DNA of 64,000 nt from Chrysomallon squamiferum (Eukaryota; Animalia; Mollusca), in NCBI GenBank assembly GCA_012295275.1, contig CM022676.1, positions 3,596,001 to 3,660,000 on the forward strand. The letters are read 5' to 3'. The position numbers were made by a program, and so were the translations under genes. Under the pieces are notes generated by a model, which saw nothing but the letters and a program-made list of their open reading frames with translations, searched no databases and was not told the origin of the DNA. Each line of letters opens with the position of its first letter. The first letter of the stretch is position 1. This document shows positions 15,418 to 30,620 of this stretch, in pieces.

Positions 15418-15793
15418 AACACTTTAAAAAAATACTGATATTATTTCAACTTATTTATCAATTTATGTATTTATTTTATATGTGACTGATGATACAGATC
15501 GGGGGAGAGGGGGGGGGGATCAGACATTTCTTCCTCTTCTTCAGATTTTTCCTGTTTTCATCTATTTTATTTTTCGAGTATCAGGAAAGATTTATTGATT
15601 TTTACGTAATGTTCTCAGTTCCGGATGCATTGTTGAATTAAAATCTTACGTCACATCCGTTTGGTAGCTTCGGTTCTAAATATGGTTCCAATGGAACCAT
15701 AACAGTAAGTGTTTACCTTTCCGCAGAAATTCGCCATGTCACATTAGTGAGTTTGGTGCAACAATTAGAACAAAAAACCTCTGTTGTCCCCAC

Positions 15794-15895
<102 letters not shown>

Positions 15896-16742
15896 TCCCT
15901 CTGTATATGTCTGCCAGTCCGTCTGTCTGTCTGTATACTTATCTATCTGTCTATCTATCAGTGTATCTATATATCTGCCTATCTATATATCTGCCTATCT
16001 ATCTCTCTGTCTATCTTTTTTATATATCCAGTTTTTTTACATATGCACAAACATACACACATCCAATACACCCAAGTTCAGAATCTTCACCTGAAACGAA
16101 AAGAAAAAAGAAAATAAACACATTAAAAAAACACACACAAAAAAAAAAAACCTCGAACTGTTTACAACAATCACTTTTTCTTTTATTAATTTTCTAAGGC
16201 CAAACAAGAAAACGTCACGTAGTCCCGCTGTCAGCGGATTATATTCCAATGATCTAATGGCTCCAAATGAATTACTAATAAAGAAACCTTCAATGGATTC
16301 TTTAAACGCAATAATAAGCCAATGAGAGACGTCTTAAAGGATCTGCTTCATAATCTGTTAATAGTTTGTAAGACTAACTTCACTTTATAATGAGTAGAAG
16401 ACGAAAAATCCGTTTTCGTTAATAGCTTACCTTATACAGAACTCAGATTAAACCACAAAGCATTGTTCCCTAAATATCTGATTTAGAATTAACGAAATTA
16501 GACGCACAGTTACTTAAATCTGATTACTAATTAGGGATGATCTAATTTTTCTTTTTTTTTTAAAAAAAAAAAAAAACGAAAGATAAACTTGGATGATGTT
16601 ATTATTTTGGTATCCAGTTCTGACAAATCCATTTGGAGAAGTGACCTAATTAAATTTTTGTGAGAATGAAAATTGTTTCAACCAGATGGTTTTAAAGATA
16701 GTGAGTATATAATTGTATGTGTTGCTACAAATTTAAAATTCA

Positions 16743-16838
<96 letters not shown>

Positions 16839-17005
16839 TTTTATAGACATACATACCGACAAAAATAGGTATAAATATATATTCTGTTTCTTTCTCGATC
16901 TATCTATCTATCTATCTTTTTATCTTTCTATCTGTCTGTCAATATATAGATATATTTTTTATATGTGTGTATGTATGTATGTACGTGTGTTAGCACATGT
17001 GCGAA

Positions 17006-17085
<80 letters not shown>

Positions 17086-17732
17086 GAAAAAAATAATAAA
17101 ATATTAATATCGGAGAAACATCGTGGGTGAAACTTACTTCAGAACTTGAGGATTCTTGCCGAATCCCGCCTCAGGCAACACTCATGTGACGTCATCACGT
17201 TTCCATGTCACCGTAATCCGGCAGACGTCAAATTGCGCCATGATAGCTGAAAGCGTAGGATGCAGTGACAATCCGCCATTTTGGTCTAACGTGACCTTTA
17301 TCAAGGTTATCCTGTTTTATTTTTAAATCAATAATTTTCTTTCATGACACCGTAAAATAGAAATAATTTGCTGCTACAGCATCAAGCTATTTTCCCTCCT
17401 TCTAAAGAATTTGTAGCAATTTTTTATTTTTATTTTTTTTTTATTTTTTTTTTTTTTTTTTTTCACCAAGGAATTCCAAATTGATGTACCGTGGGAACAA
17501 GGAAAATAAGTTCTTGGTTCCTGAAGTGCATCTTTTCAATTCATTTTTTAAATTTTTTTAATTTTTTGAAAAAAAAAAAAAAAAAAAAAAAATCTTTTTT
17601 CTTCTTTCTTTCTTTTAATTGAATATATTGAACCAGGTTTATTTCACTTTTGGGTATTGTTTTTTTTTTTTTTTTTTTTTTTTTTTTCGTACAAACGTAT
17701 GCATGTATGTATCACAAGTCAATATCTACATA

Positions 17733-17795
<63 letters not shown>

Positions 17796-18563
17796 TGCGT
17801 GCGTGCGCGCGTTTGATAAGGAATAGTAAATAGAGACAGCTGACAGCTGAGCAGAACCTGGCCTAAAGAAATTCATGGATTTTATAGATCTGCGTGGAGA
17901 CATTTTTTAAAAAGTTCTTCTGATCTGTACTTTTCACTTGAGTTCAGCTGACATTTTTAAATTCGATTCTCGCTCCCGGAAGCGAGTGTTTTTTTTTTTG
18001 CGCCAGTTAAATTTTTTCGTTTCGTTTATTTTATTTTATTTTAATTTTAATTTTAATTTTTAAACATTTTTATGTTCGATGTTTTACCTCTGATGTTTAG
18101 GCTTGTCGATAGAAATTTGTGAAGCAAGAATGATTTTAGGACAAAGAAAGAAAGAGCAAGAGAGAGAGAGAGACAGATGGGTGGATGGACAAATAGATAG
18201 CTAGTTAGACAGTCAGACAAACAGACACACAGACAGACAGATACAGATATTAATGATCAGTTTTGTCCATAGATATTTTTCATTTTATATATATATATAC
18301 ACATTTTTTTTTTCTATTTCTTCCATCATTTATATTTTTCATCTTCTTTCTTCTTTCCTATTTTCATTTCACTTTTTAATTGCCTTTTCAAGATGGCTCT
18401 TTGGATAGCTTAATTATGTCTTTGAATTTGAAGGAACAAAATAAATAAATAACTAAACAAATAATCATTTGTCTTTTCAGTCGCTTTTTAGGTCGCTTAA
18501 ATTCCGTTTGAATTTGAAGAACGAAAAAATAGATAATAATAATATTTTGTGAACATATTTTTG

Positions 18564-18755
18564 AATTCTTACAAAGCAAAATCTGATCTGTAAACCAAAA
18601 AAATTTCTGAAAATCGTTATTTAAACCGAAACCAAATGAGATTGTAATTTTTTTAATTCTTACAAAGCAAAATCTGATCTGTTAACCAAAACTGGTTGTA
18701 ATATTTCTAAAAGTGAAAACCCTTCGTTATTTAAACCGAAACCAGATTGAGATTC
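18564..18755. repeat. Local direct duplication (~90-110 bp)
   Basis: AATTCTTACAAAGCAAAATCTGATCTGT at 18564 and 18655; TCGTTATTTAAACCGAAACCA at 18614 and 18724. Confidence 0.85.
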
Positions 18756-20136
18756 ACACACGTGCGTCATCATCGACAATGGCAAACACTGAACCTGACG
18801 TTAGAACTCGAAAACCCTTTTCAGTTTTCCGTTTCTCTAAAACGAGTCCATTTCAGCTTTAAACCAGAGAGAAATATAATCGTCTGTTTCTTCGGCTGGG
18901 GTAAAAGGGTGATGGGGGACTGAAGGAGGGAGGAGGGAGATTGCGTGAGAAGAGATGAAGGACGAAATAAACACGAAGTCAAAAAAATGAAAACGCCTAC
19001 GATCACAAAGAGAAAAGATGACGTGTTTGTTATATAACAGACACGAAAAGCTTTTATTTTTCTGTTTCAATTTTTTTTTGTTTTTTTCTTTTATTGGCTT
19101 TAAACAATTTCCGCTCTTAGGCAAACATTTAATGCAAAAAATAATTACATTTGACAAGTGCTGTATAAACACTTAAACCTACTGAAAACAAATGAACAAT
19201 ATTTTTGGGAGTACATTTTTTTCCGGTATTGCAGAGTTCTTTTCTATTCTGAAGAGACAAAACAGTCGAAGCAGTGGATTTGTTTAGAAATATTTATTCA
19301 CGTATGTTGAACGTAACTTGTTTGTTTAAAGAAAATTTCCTAATAAAGTGAAATTCATCTTCTGTATCATTTTGTTTGCAGTCGCGACGTTTTCGTTGAA
19401 ATATTTCATTACTGTGATATCTGCCTGCTTCAACACACAGCAGACGTCAAGTGAACACGAGGGACTGCAGTTTTATGATTATGAAAAATCGAATTAGAAT
19501 TGGTACATTACTGCTCTGTTAATACGCAATCTTTTAAAACGCGATTCAACAAAATGGCCATCAGTTTCATAGTCTGGATGATAGATATATTTTTATTTTT
19601 TTTTTTTTTTTTTTTTTTAATTTTTTAAGAAAAATAACTTTGTTTGGTTTCCGCTTCTTTCCAATTAATGTTTTGTTTATTTCTTTACGTTTTGTTTTAT
19701 TTTTCTTTGTACTTACATTTTCTTTTCTCCGTTTTTTTGTTGTTTTGGGGGTTTTTTTTGTTTGTTTTTTTGTTTACTCTCTCTCTCTCTGTATTAATTG
19801 AAGGCAAAAGTAACATTCTGAGAAAACAAATTGTGAAAAGTTTTAATTGAATTTCTCTGTGTGTTTGTAACTTTGTTGTTAGTTTGTTGTTTGTGTGTTT
19901 GTTTAGTTTGAATCCGTTTCCACACGTCAGTTTGAAGCCAGACTACGTTTTCAAGATTTAATCGTACCAAATAACCTCCCTTGCCATTTAAATCAGCAGG
20001 TATCTCTGTTTGTTTACATCAATTAGAGCAACTTGCTTACTTCCAGTCTACCTTACTTAAACACCATTAACTACCAACTCTTTTATTAACTCGAATAACA
20101 AAAAAAAAAAAAAAAAAAAAAAAAGATAAAGGGGGA

Positions 20137-20138
<2 letters not shown>

Positions 20139-20184
<46 letters not shown>

Positions 20185-20276
20185 AAAATTAGTAAGAAAG
20201 ACAAAGACAAACAGAGACTGACAGAGTGAGAAACAGACAGACAGATAGTCAGATAGATAAACAGAAACAGAACCAT

Positions 20277-20347
<71 letters not shown>

Positions 20348-20374
20348 AAGATAGAGAGACAGAGAGAGAGACAT

Positions 20375-20467
<93 letters not shown>
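20139..20467. repeat. Interrupted (AG)n block
   Basis: Three (AG)n runs with AGAC interruptions. Confidence 0.95.
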
Positions 20468-20471
<4 letters not shown>

Positions 20472-21434
20472 TTCACACACAAAGGAGTGGGAAGGAGAGA
20501 ACGATACAGAGACTGGGAGTGTGAGAGAGATTTTACACTTAATAATACTAACGAGAGACTCAGAGGAACTTAAGTGAAGTTAAAACAGTTTACTTTTCGT
20601 TTGATGTTCGGATGGGCTCCAGACATTATGTTTCAAACTGAGCAATACGGCCTTGCGTCTCTGTCTTGTTGTTTCAAGAATACCTGCTAATGCGAGCCGA
20701 TCGTTCTGCCTTCGTGACCCCCGCATGTTTGTTTTCTTTGCACGAGCATGTGCAGGGAATCACGGCACGTAAACACACGTGCATTTATGCCCCCAGTTCG
20801 TTCTAACATTCGCCCGTCCGTCTGTAATTGTTTCGCTGTTGTCAGAGTGGGCACAATAACGGTGTTTATTATCGACATAGGTTAAAATAATGGACACGTT
20901 GGAACTGCTTGTAATACGGATGCCAATGGTTTCGCCATATTGTTCTGGTATTAAGACGGTGTTAAAGTTGTGTTTTTTTTCTCAGTGGTTCGAGCACTTT
21001 CTTTCAGCTGCTGAACTCGTTTTGCTGGGATCTAGAAGCGTGCCAGAAGTCTGGGGATCTAAACTCATAAACGGCAACGATTCAACTCGCTGTTGTTGTT
21101 GTGAAGACTGCGTTAATATTTATCTGCATGTTTCAAGTCGTTTGATTCACCTGATGATGTAATTATAATTGTGTAACACTGTTGAAAGCTAAAAGATGAC
21201 TTTAAAAAAAAAATAATAATACAAAAGTATTAGTACAAAAATAAAAAGACAACAATAAACAAACCAACAAACAACAACAACAAAAAACAACAACAAAAAA
21301 ACCCAAAACAAAACAACAACCAATAATAGGATAAACACATTTGTTTTATAAAACACTTTATATTCTTACGAAACAAAAACTCTCTCAGTTAAACAAAACA
21401 GGCTCTAATATTTAAGTTAGACAATTATATAACA

Positions 21435-22265
21435 TGATCTTCAATAGAGCAGTGAATTCCAATATTATTTTACAATATTTATTACGTTGGTATTAATTTT
21501 CACGTATAGATTTCGAGTATTTTGTTTTACCTGTTTGGAATCATCTGGCTATAATTATAATTATAACAGTATAAAACTTTGAGTTACTAGGCCAACATTC
21601 TAATACGGCAAACATGCAACATGCTCCCCAATGCAGCAATGATTTCCAGCAAAACTTTAACTGTTATTAAGTTGGTATTGACGTTTAGAAGTCTGTTTCA
21701 AGTGTTTAGTTTTATCTGTTGGAATCATCGAATATAACTGTAAAAATTTAAGTTATCAAGGTCTAAATTCTACAACGGCAATTACACAACACACTCTCCA
21801 ATACGGCAATGATTTCCAGTATTACTGTAACTGTTATTAAGTTTGTATTAACATTTACGTGTATGTTTCAAGTATTTTCTTTTAACTCTTGTAATCATTT
21901 GAATTACGTATTAATTTGCAGACTCTAAGACAATCATGATCTGATCTCTAATATGGTTAACGATTAGGATGTATCCTAATTGTAAGTTAGTATTAACGTT
22001 CAGTTGTGTGCTTTTACTACTTTATTTCAAGCTTTGGAATCAATTTGTAATTATAATAGTATAAATGTGTAAGTTGTCGGGATCAAATGTCCGAGACGAC
22101 AATGGTTACCACAATGTTATTATTGTAATAGTTATTGAGATGGTTTTAAGTTTTAGGTGTGCGTTATATTTGTTTCAGTTTTTGCAATCAGCTGGCTACG
22201 AAATGACAGCAATTCTAAGGCGCCTGGATCTAATCTTCAACACGGCAATGGCTATAATATTTACT
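21435..22265. repeat. Old degenerate tandem repeat, ~145-185 bp unit, about 5 copies
   Basis: Units begin GTTGGTATTAA-like at about 21486, 21671, 21841, 21985 and 22140. Shared blocks include TTGGAATCAT, CGGCAATGATTTCCAG and TAACTGTTATTAAGTT. Confidence 0.8.
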
Positions 22266-22390
22266 ACATTTTTGATTTTTTTTTTCTTTTGTTAAAGTTG
22301 AGGCCTATATTTTAACTGCTTGTTTCAATTGTTAAATTCATTTGACTAAAACGTTGAATCATCCTATACCTCATTCGATCAATTTCTTCA

Positions 22391-22460
22391 GTGACGTAAT
22401 AAAATAACCATGACGTAATTGTGACTTAATAAAATAACCATGACGTAATTGTGACGTAAT
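22391..22460. repeat. 30-bp tandem repeat carrying TGACGTAA motifs
   Basis: GTGACGTAATAAAATAACCATGACGTAATT x2.3 (units start at 22391, 22421 and 22451). Confidence 0.9.
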
Positions 22461-23766
22461 CTGTCTCTCCACCTTATACGAGATTTGCGTATCGAGAAGC
22501 AAAACTTAAAATCCGTGACCACATGGTTAGTTTTTCATTTAAGAAATAGTTACTAATATTATCATCCTACAAACTAAAAATGTAAAAAAGAGAAACAATT
22601 TTTATTCTTCAGCCTGACCCATGTTTATGCTGATCTTCATGTATCTGTAAAAAAAAAAAACGATATTCATTTTCAGTTTCGTAATTTAAAAAAAAAAAAA
22701 AAAAAAAATCTGATATCTGGATTCATGTTGACGTATTTTGTCTTGTTTAGTCCTTTATGTTTGTTTTTTTTTTTTTTTTTTTTTTTTTTATTTTATAATG
22801 TGCTGAAACAATGAAAAGAACTACACGCTTTACATTTTAAAACTGTTTTGTTTTTGCTATAAAACGGATCCTTCTATATTATTATTGTTGTTGTTGTTGT
22901 TATCATTATTACTAGTAGCTGTAGTAGTAGTAGTAAGATTAGTTATAATAATGCTAGAGTAATTAAAGTAACAGTGATAATAATGACAGTAATAGAAAAT
23001 GTAACAGTTGTAGTAGTAGTGTTAGGAATATCCGTAGTAGCAGTTGTTTTTGTTGGAGCAACAGTTGCATTAGTAGTGGTTGTAGCAGTAGTAGTAACAA
23101 CAGTAGTTTAAATTCATATAACAACATTTTTTTTTGTAGAATACATACTCCCAGTTACGTCAGTTTTCGATAATGACAGAATCAATTCAAACAGAAAGGC
23201 AATTAATATTCTATTAATGATTCATTGGGTATTTCCATACACGTCATCAAAGCTAAAAATAGTGACCTCATAATGGGAGAAGGAAAGCAGAAAGTAAACA
23301 AACACAAACAGAGCTCTGAAATAATTAATATAAACTGACGTTCTGTGACGCGCCACTCTTCAGCGTCAAATTTAAATGACGTTTTATCACCATGGAAACC
23401 TTTCCGCTTTAAGATACCTTTTCATGGAACGGGTAATATAACAGCAAATGCCTGCATACAGTCGGAAATGTCGGCTATCAAATTTTTAACACCTGCAAGA
23501 AAACACGCGTTAATTCCCATTATATTCTGAACAGCTTGAAAGTGTGTTATCAGATAAAGCAAGATTAGTTATAATCCGAAATTCAAGTAAGTAATATTAA
23601 TATTACAATCGACAGCAGACAACGTTTTCTGTTATTGTTTACGAAAATGAAGGATTATTTATTATGAATTATTTACTCCTTTTTTTCCCCTTTCTTTCTT
23701 TGAAGATATTGTTTAATTTTTTGTATCGGATTATCTTATTAAATTATATTTGTATGGTTGTGAAAT

Positions 23767-23801
<35 letters not shown>

Positions 23802-24172
23802 TAGTCTGTATGGTAAATAATTAAAAATGCATGCAGATTAAAAAATCAATGATGATGATGATGATGATAATAATAATAATAATAATAATAGCAGTAACTG
23901 ATAATAATAATAATAATAAACATGATGATGATGATGATAATAATAAAATCATTTCATGTCTTCTTGTATTCTTATATACTTTCTATAAGTCCTCATTTCT
24001 CTGACCACTTCTCGCTCTTTTTCTCTACCTCTCTGTCTGTCTCTGTCTCTCCATCATCTGTCTGTCTGTCTGTCTGTCTGTTTCTCCTTATCTGTCGTGT
24101 GTCTGTTTCCTTTCCACTCCCTGAAACTCTCCCTTCTCAGTATTTGTGTCTGTGAGTGTGTACATACATATA

Positions 24173-24308
<136 letters not shown>

Positions 24309-24704
24309 TGTGTATGTGTAATGTGTATGGTACATTTCTAGATACAGGTATATCAAAAAAATTTTTTATTTCACACAGAACAGGTGAATTATGAAATATT
24401 CCAAGTGGAAATTTCTGTTTTACGCGTGTCTCTGTTTTTAATGGCTCAGAGGCTGCAATATTTACCCAAACCACTAAATTAACGTGCCTCTTTTTGGCAG
24501 CCGACGTTTCCACGTCTAACGGCCATGCCGCCTTGCATCTGTCTGCCACTCGAAAGATAAGAAAACTTTTTCTTTTTAACAGAATCACCTGCCATTTGTT
24601 TGGTTTGTGATTCACATCTTTGCAAATAACAAATGTCGTAACAGCGCGAGGAATGCGCGTGCCAACGAAACGATGACGCTTCTCGGTTAATGGAATGTCT
24701 GCAG

Positions 24705-25030
24705 ATGATGTTGTTGATGATGATGATGATAATAATAATAATAATAGTAGTAGTAGTAGTAATAATAATAATAATAATAGTAATAATAGTAATAATAATA
24801 ATAATAGTAATAATAGTAATAATAATAATAATAATAGCAATAATAGTAATAATAATAATAATAATAGCAATAATAGTAATAATAATAATAGCAATAATAG
24901 TAATAATAATAATAATTATAATTATATAATAGAACAATTATAATAAAAATTATATAATAGAAAAATTATAATAGAAATAAAATAAAATAAAATAAAGTAA
25001 AATAAATCAATAAATAAATAAATAAATTAA
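24705..25030. repeat. (GAT)n/(AAT)n/(AGT)n compound microsatellite
   Basis: Directly visible. Confidence 0.9.
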
Positions 25031-25422
25031 TTCCTATCTTGATAAACAGTAGTATCAAACAGCATCTGAATAATATATTCATTTATTCAACGATTCTAAC
25101 TGGGGAACAAAAAGAAAAAAAAAAAAAAAAAAAAAGAAAGAAGAAAAGAAAAAAAAATATTCCGCCGCACAACATTATAATTATCTTAAGTGAAATAATA
25201 CTATTATGTTACCACAGAAGTCTAAAAATATCTATTTTCATCAGAACGGCAAGTCTCAAATCACAGATCCGCTATATTCTGATATCAATCGTGTATAAAC
25301 AACCAGAAATCGTTATTCTTCAGAACTAATAATATTACAGCGTATAAAGAAAAAAAACAAAGAAAGAAAGAAAAAAAGTTAGACAGAGGGAAGCACTGAT
25401 ATATGATGTAGGTAACTATAAT

Positions 25423-25547
<125 letters not shown>

Positions 25548-25997
25548 TATGTATATATGTATCTATATATGTATGTATGTATATATGTATATGTATATAT
25601 AAGAATAATCCAGTGATAAAAGAAGAACCAAAAAAAACAGAAGAAAGAAAAATTGTTATGATTTAATTATTTTGCTGTTATCATTTTCTTTCAGTTCTTC
25701 TTAGGGTAAATACTGTAATAAAGAAAAGAGCTATAATAACAATGTCGACGACGACAAGATAAAAACAACAAAAGCAATACTAACACTAATAATAATTCTA
25801 CCAATGATAACATCTATAGTAAGAAGAAATATGATAACAAGAGTAATAGCAACAACAATAACAACAACAGTAATAATAACGAAAATAATAAAAAATAATA
25901 AATAATAATAATAATAATAATATAAACAAATTTAATAATAATAATAATAATAATAAACAAAAAAAATTAATAATAATAATAATATAATTTTTTTTAC

Positions 25998-26052
<55 letters not shown>

Positions 26053-26079
26053 TAATAATAATAATATAAATAATAATAA

Positions 26080-26114
<35 letters not shown>

Positions 26115-26189
26115 ACAAACAAATAAACAAACAAACATTCACGTTTACATCTCTGACAACAAAACTCAAGAACACAATCGACACACCTA

Positions 26190-26340
26190 CTCCCGCTCGC
26201 CGGAAAGTTACGGAAGCGAAATTACCGACAGGGGTCGCTGACTATTTGCATACTGGCGCGTGCCGGGCTCGCTCCCGGCGCACTCTCTTAGCACGCGCTG
26301 GCTCGGTACTCTGCGCAGCGCCATCTATAGATTGGTTTAT
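26190..26340 (+). promoter_or_regulatory. Candidate promoter / insulator island
   Basis: Local GC/CpG peak containing ETS-like CCGGAA (26200-26205) and CGGAAG (26211-26216), octamer ATTTGCAT (26244-26251), CTCF-like CAGCGCCATCTATAG (26316-26330) and an inverted CCAAT box ATTGG (26331-26335). It lies directly upstream of an ATG-free stretch ending in a consensus splice donor. Confidence 0.6.
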
Positions 26341-26539
26341 TAACCGCATCGATCAGAACCGAGGTTACTACACTGGTTTTCTTCTGTTGTACCGATTCCA
26401 TTGATCTGTTTCAGATTGGAGGAGACGATTCAGCGTAACCTGTGTGTGTGTATCAGTGCAAACAAGCGAAACGCAGACGAACTGCTCCTCTTTTCACTTG
26501 TTCTTATTGGATACTCTTTGGGGAAAGGCGGAAATTAAG
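26340..26539 (+). other. Candidate non-coding (5' UTR) exon
   Basis: Ends in a consensus donor AAG|GTAAGT (GT at 26540), followed by T-rich intron-like sequence. There is no ATG in 26340-26539. The start is unknown; an internal acceptor-like TGTTTCAG ends at 26414. Confidence 0.55.
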
Positions 26540-26704
26540 GTAAGTCGAATATTTTGTTTTAATTTAAGGGAATGTTAGGTGTTTTATTTTGAAAGATAGA
26601 GATAACTGTGTTTGTTAAGGTTTTTTTTTTGTTTTATTGTATTGTTTAGTTAATTTGCCTACCTTTAATTCTTCTTCTTTTCTTTTTTTTTTAAAATTAG
26701 TGTG

Positions 26705-26787
<83 letters not shown>

Positions 26788-26998
26788 AGAAAATACGATC
26801 ACGGATCGAAACACTCGATATCAAAAGTGAACTGTCTCTTATTTAAGTACATAAATACATAAATACATACATACATACATAGAAACAGACTAACAGACAT
26901 AGACGTATCTTCTTTACATAGTTTTCTGTAAGTGCTTTTTCCTTCTTTGTAATACTACCTCCACAACAACGTCTGCTACTCTCACTACTACAAGTCCT

Positions 26999-27070
<72 letters not shown>

Positions 27071-27638
27071 GAACTACTATTATTATTACCATTATTATTA
27101 CCATTACAGTCAGTATAATCGGAGTAAGAACGTAAACAACATCAACTACTTTTCTTCTTCTTCTTCTTCTTCTTATTATTATTGTTATTAATTATATTAG
27201 TACTACTACCATCACAATATTGTCGTCGTTGTGTTTATCATGATCTTAGTTGTTGCCTTTTCTCCGAGACTTGATCGATAACTATGTGGGTCACGTCGAC
27301 AGATTTAGAAAGATAATGGCAATTTTAATTAGAAATCAAACTAGTATCATATGTCACAGTTATTCCATTTGTAGGAAAGATAATATACATGTGTGTTTTG
27401 TTACTACTTCAGTATGTGTTAGTATATATGTGTTTATACGTAAATATTGAAAGTTTCTGCTTGTATTCTTATCTTTGTTTTTTGGTATTATTTCTTTATT
27501 TATTTCTTTATTTTGATAAGTTTTATTTCTTTCTTTCTTTATTTATTTTAATAAGCTTTTTTTCTTTCTTTACTTATTTATTTTAATAAGTTTTATTTTT
27601 TCTTTATTTACCAACTCATTTGTTTATTACTTACTTAC

Positions 27639-27698
<60 letters not shown>

Positions 27699-27759
27699 TT
27701 AGATAGTATTTTTCTTTTTCTGAGTCTTTTTATTTTCTTTAATTTCTTCTGCATCATAT

Positions 27760-27886
<127 letters not shown>

Positions 27887-29275
27887 AGGATATACCTCCT
27901 GTTCTGCATTTCAAACTTTAAACTTAAACTATCTTTAATACTCTTTCCTGCTTGAATATCTGAAATATGTACGTTATATGACGTACGCTTATTTCTCAGT
28001 CTGTGAATCTCAAATCAGGGGCGGACACAGTTGATTCCTTGGGAGGATGGAACCTGCATCCTTCCCCCCTAATCTGTCCCAAATAAACAGTCATCAGACG
28101 TTTTTGCAGATTATTACAATTTTTTTTTTTATGTATGTAGGATTCTTAATACTTGTGTAAAATACTTTCTCGTTGTTGTTCAAATTGCTACAACATTTAT
28201 ATCGTCACTTTTAAAAGTTGTAATATATCCCAATGGAGATAATACGATTACTTTGTAAGATTTTACTCCAGCTTTTTTTCTGATAGTTTGATGCTGTAAG
28301 CCTAATCTGTGTCAAAATCTTCTCTTTATAAAGTGATTCATCATATCGGGAATGCAATGTATGTATGGCATATACATACACATTTTGTACACATAAAAAT
28401 ACAACATATACAATTTACACACTGAAATACAATATACACATATACATACACACAGAAAACAATTACACATTCATACACACAGAAATACAATACATACACA
28501 TTTACACATATACAAGCATACACACAGAAATACAAATTTAAGCGTATGTTTCTGTATATGTATACATATTTATAGCTATATGCATTAACAGATACACACA
28601 ATGAGTATAATATGTGTGTGTGTGTGTGTCTGTCTCTGTCTATATATATATGGGTTTATGTATATAAATATATATGTATGAATATGTGTGTATGTATGAA
28701 TATATATATATATATATATAATGTGTGTATATTTTGGTTAATACATAATTATAAACGTGTATCTGTCTCGATGTTTTTTTTTTATTTCATTTGTCTGTGT
28801 GTACATAAACATACAAAAATATACCTAAAAGGTTAACGCAGGCACCCCGAAATATTCAGAGACGTCTTCCTAATCACTAACACACAGAAGCCGCAGACAT
28901 TCGAGAGTCAGACGAACGTAGACGTAACATGTGACAGATAATATTACGGTTTTTACAACAGTTACGTCACGCTTTTAGCCTGATCGTAAAGTTATTGCGC
29001 TTTTTTCTTTTTTACATTACTTTAGTATTGACCAACTTTACACGTAAACCTATGTTTTCGTAAAGTTGTCTTCGTGATCGAGTGGTTCCGTCGTCCGCCT
29101 CCGGACTGCGGACAAATGAGTTCCAGCATTGTGTCTGTGTGCAGAGTCTAATCAGACGTACGTAAGACAGAATGTTCAAATCTTAAATACACACGTTCCA
29201 GAGCCAGGGAAACAAATGTACGCAAACACGACAATGAAATTTGCTTCCAACGAGGCGATGGTTACCCTCGATTAA

Positions 29276-29780
<505 letters not shown>

Positions 29781-30428
29781 CGCGCGCTAGTACCTCAGTT
29801 TACACGACCGTTAACATCTATCTACATGCATGTTTACTTGCACGGTTATGTATACTATTTATCAAGACTGGTTTTGCCTTCAGAAAGATAAGCCTCGGTA
29901 AATACATATACATATTTTATAATGACCCAGGTAAAGTGATAATTTGTCGAGGTTAAAAAAAAAAAGGAATATTTTTTATCGTGATTCTGTGAACACTGAT
30001 GTAATTGATATCACAGCCGCTCAGCAACTGATAACTCCGTGATTGCCGATAATAAAACATGTAAAACTAATAACAACATCAACAGTGTGTGTGATTATAG
30101 ACAGGTTATGAAGATTACTTCAGGATGCAGGCATTTGAGGTCAGAGTAGCCCTCAACAAAAGAAAAATATATCTTGTAAATTCATCTGTCTTTTTGTGTG
30201 TCTGTCTGTCCATAATGTCTGTGTATATCGCTTTGTCTGTCTGTCTGTTTGTCTATTTCTCTTTCCATCTTTATATATATGTGTGCGTGATTTTGTCTGT
30301 GTGTTTGTAGGTACATTTATAAACATGCAAATACACACACAGATGTTTTTTATATGTCTACAGTTCCAGTTTCTTGAAGAGAAAAATTATTCTAAAAATG
30401 AACATAGAAAGGTAAAAATAAATAAATA

Positions 30429-30479
<51 letters not shown>

Positions 30480-30519
30480 TAATAATAATAATAGTAATAA
30501 AATATAAATAATAATAATA

Positions 30520-30558
<39 letters not shown>

Positions 30559-30586
30559 CAACAACAACAACAACAACAATAATAAC

Positions 30587-30620
<34 letters not shown>

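Noticed and set aside
30009-30031. miR-2-like start TATCACAGCC
   Set aside because: Only the first 10 nt match, and the upstream arm pairs over about 6 bp, so there is no pre-miRNA hairpin.
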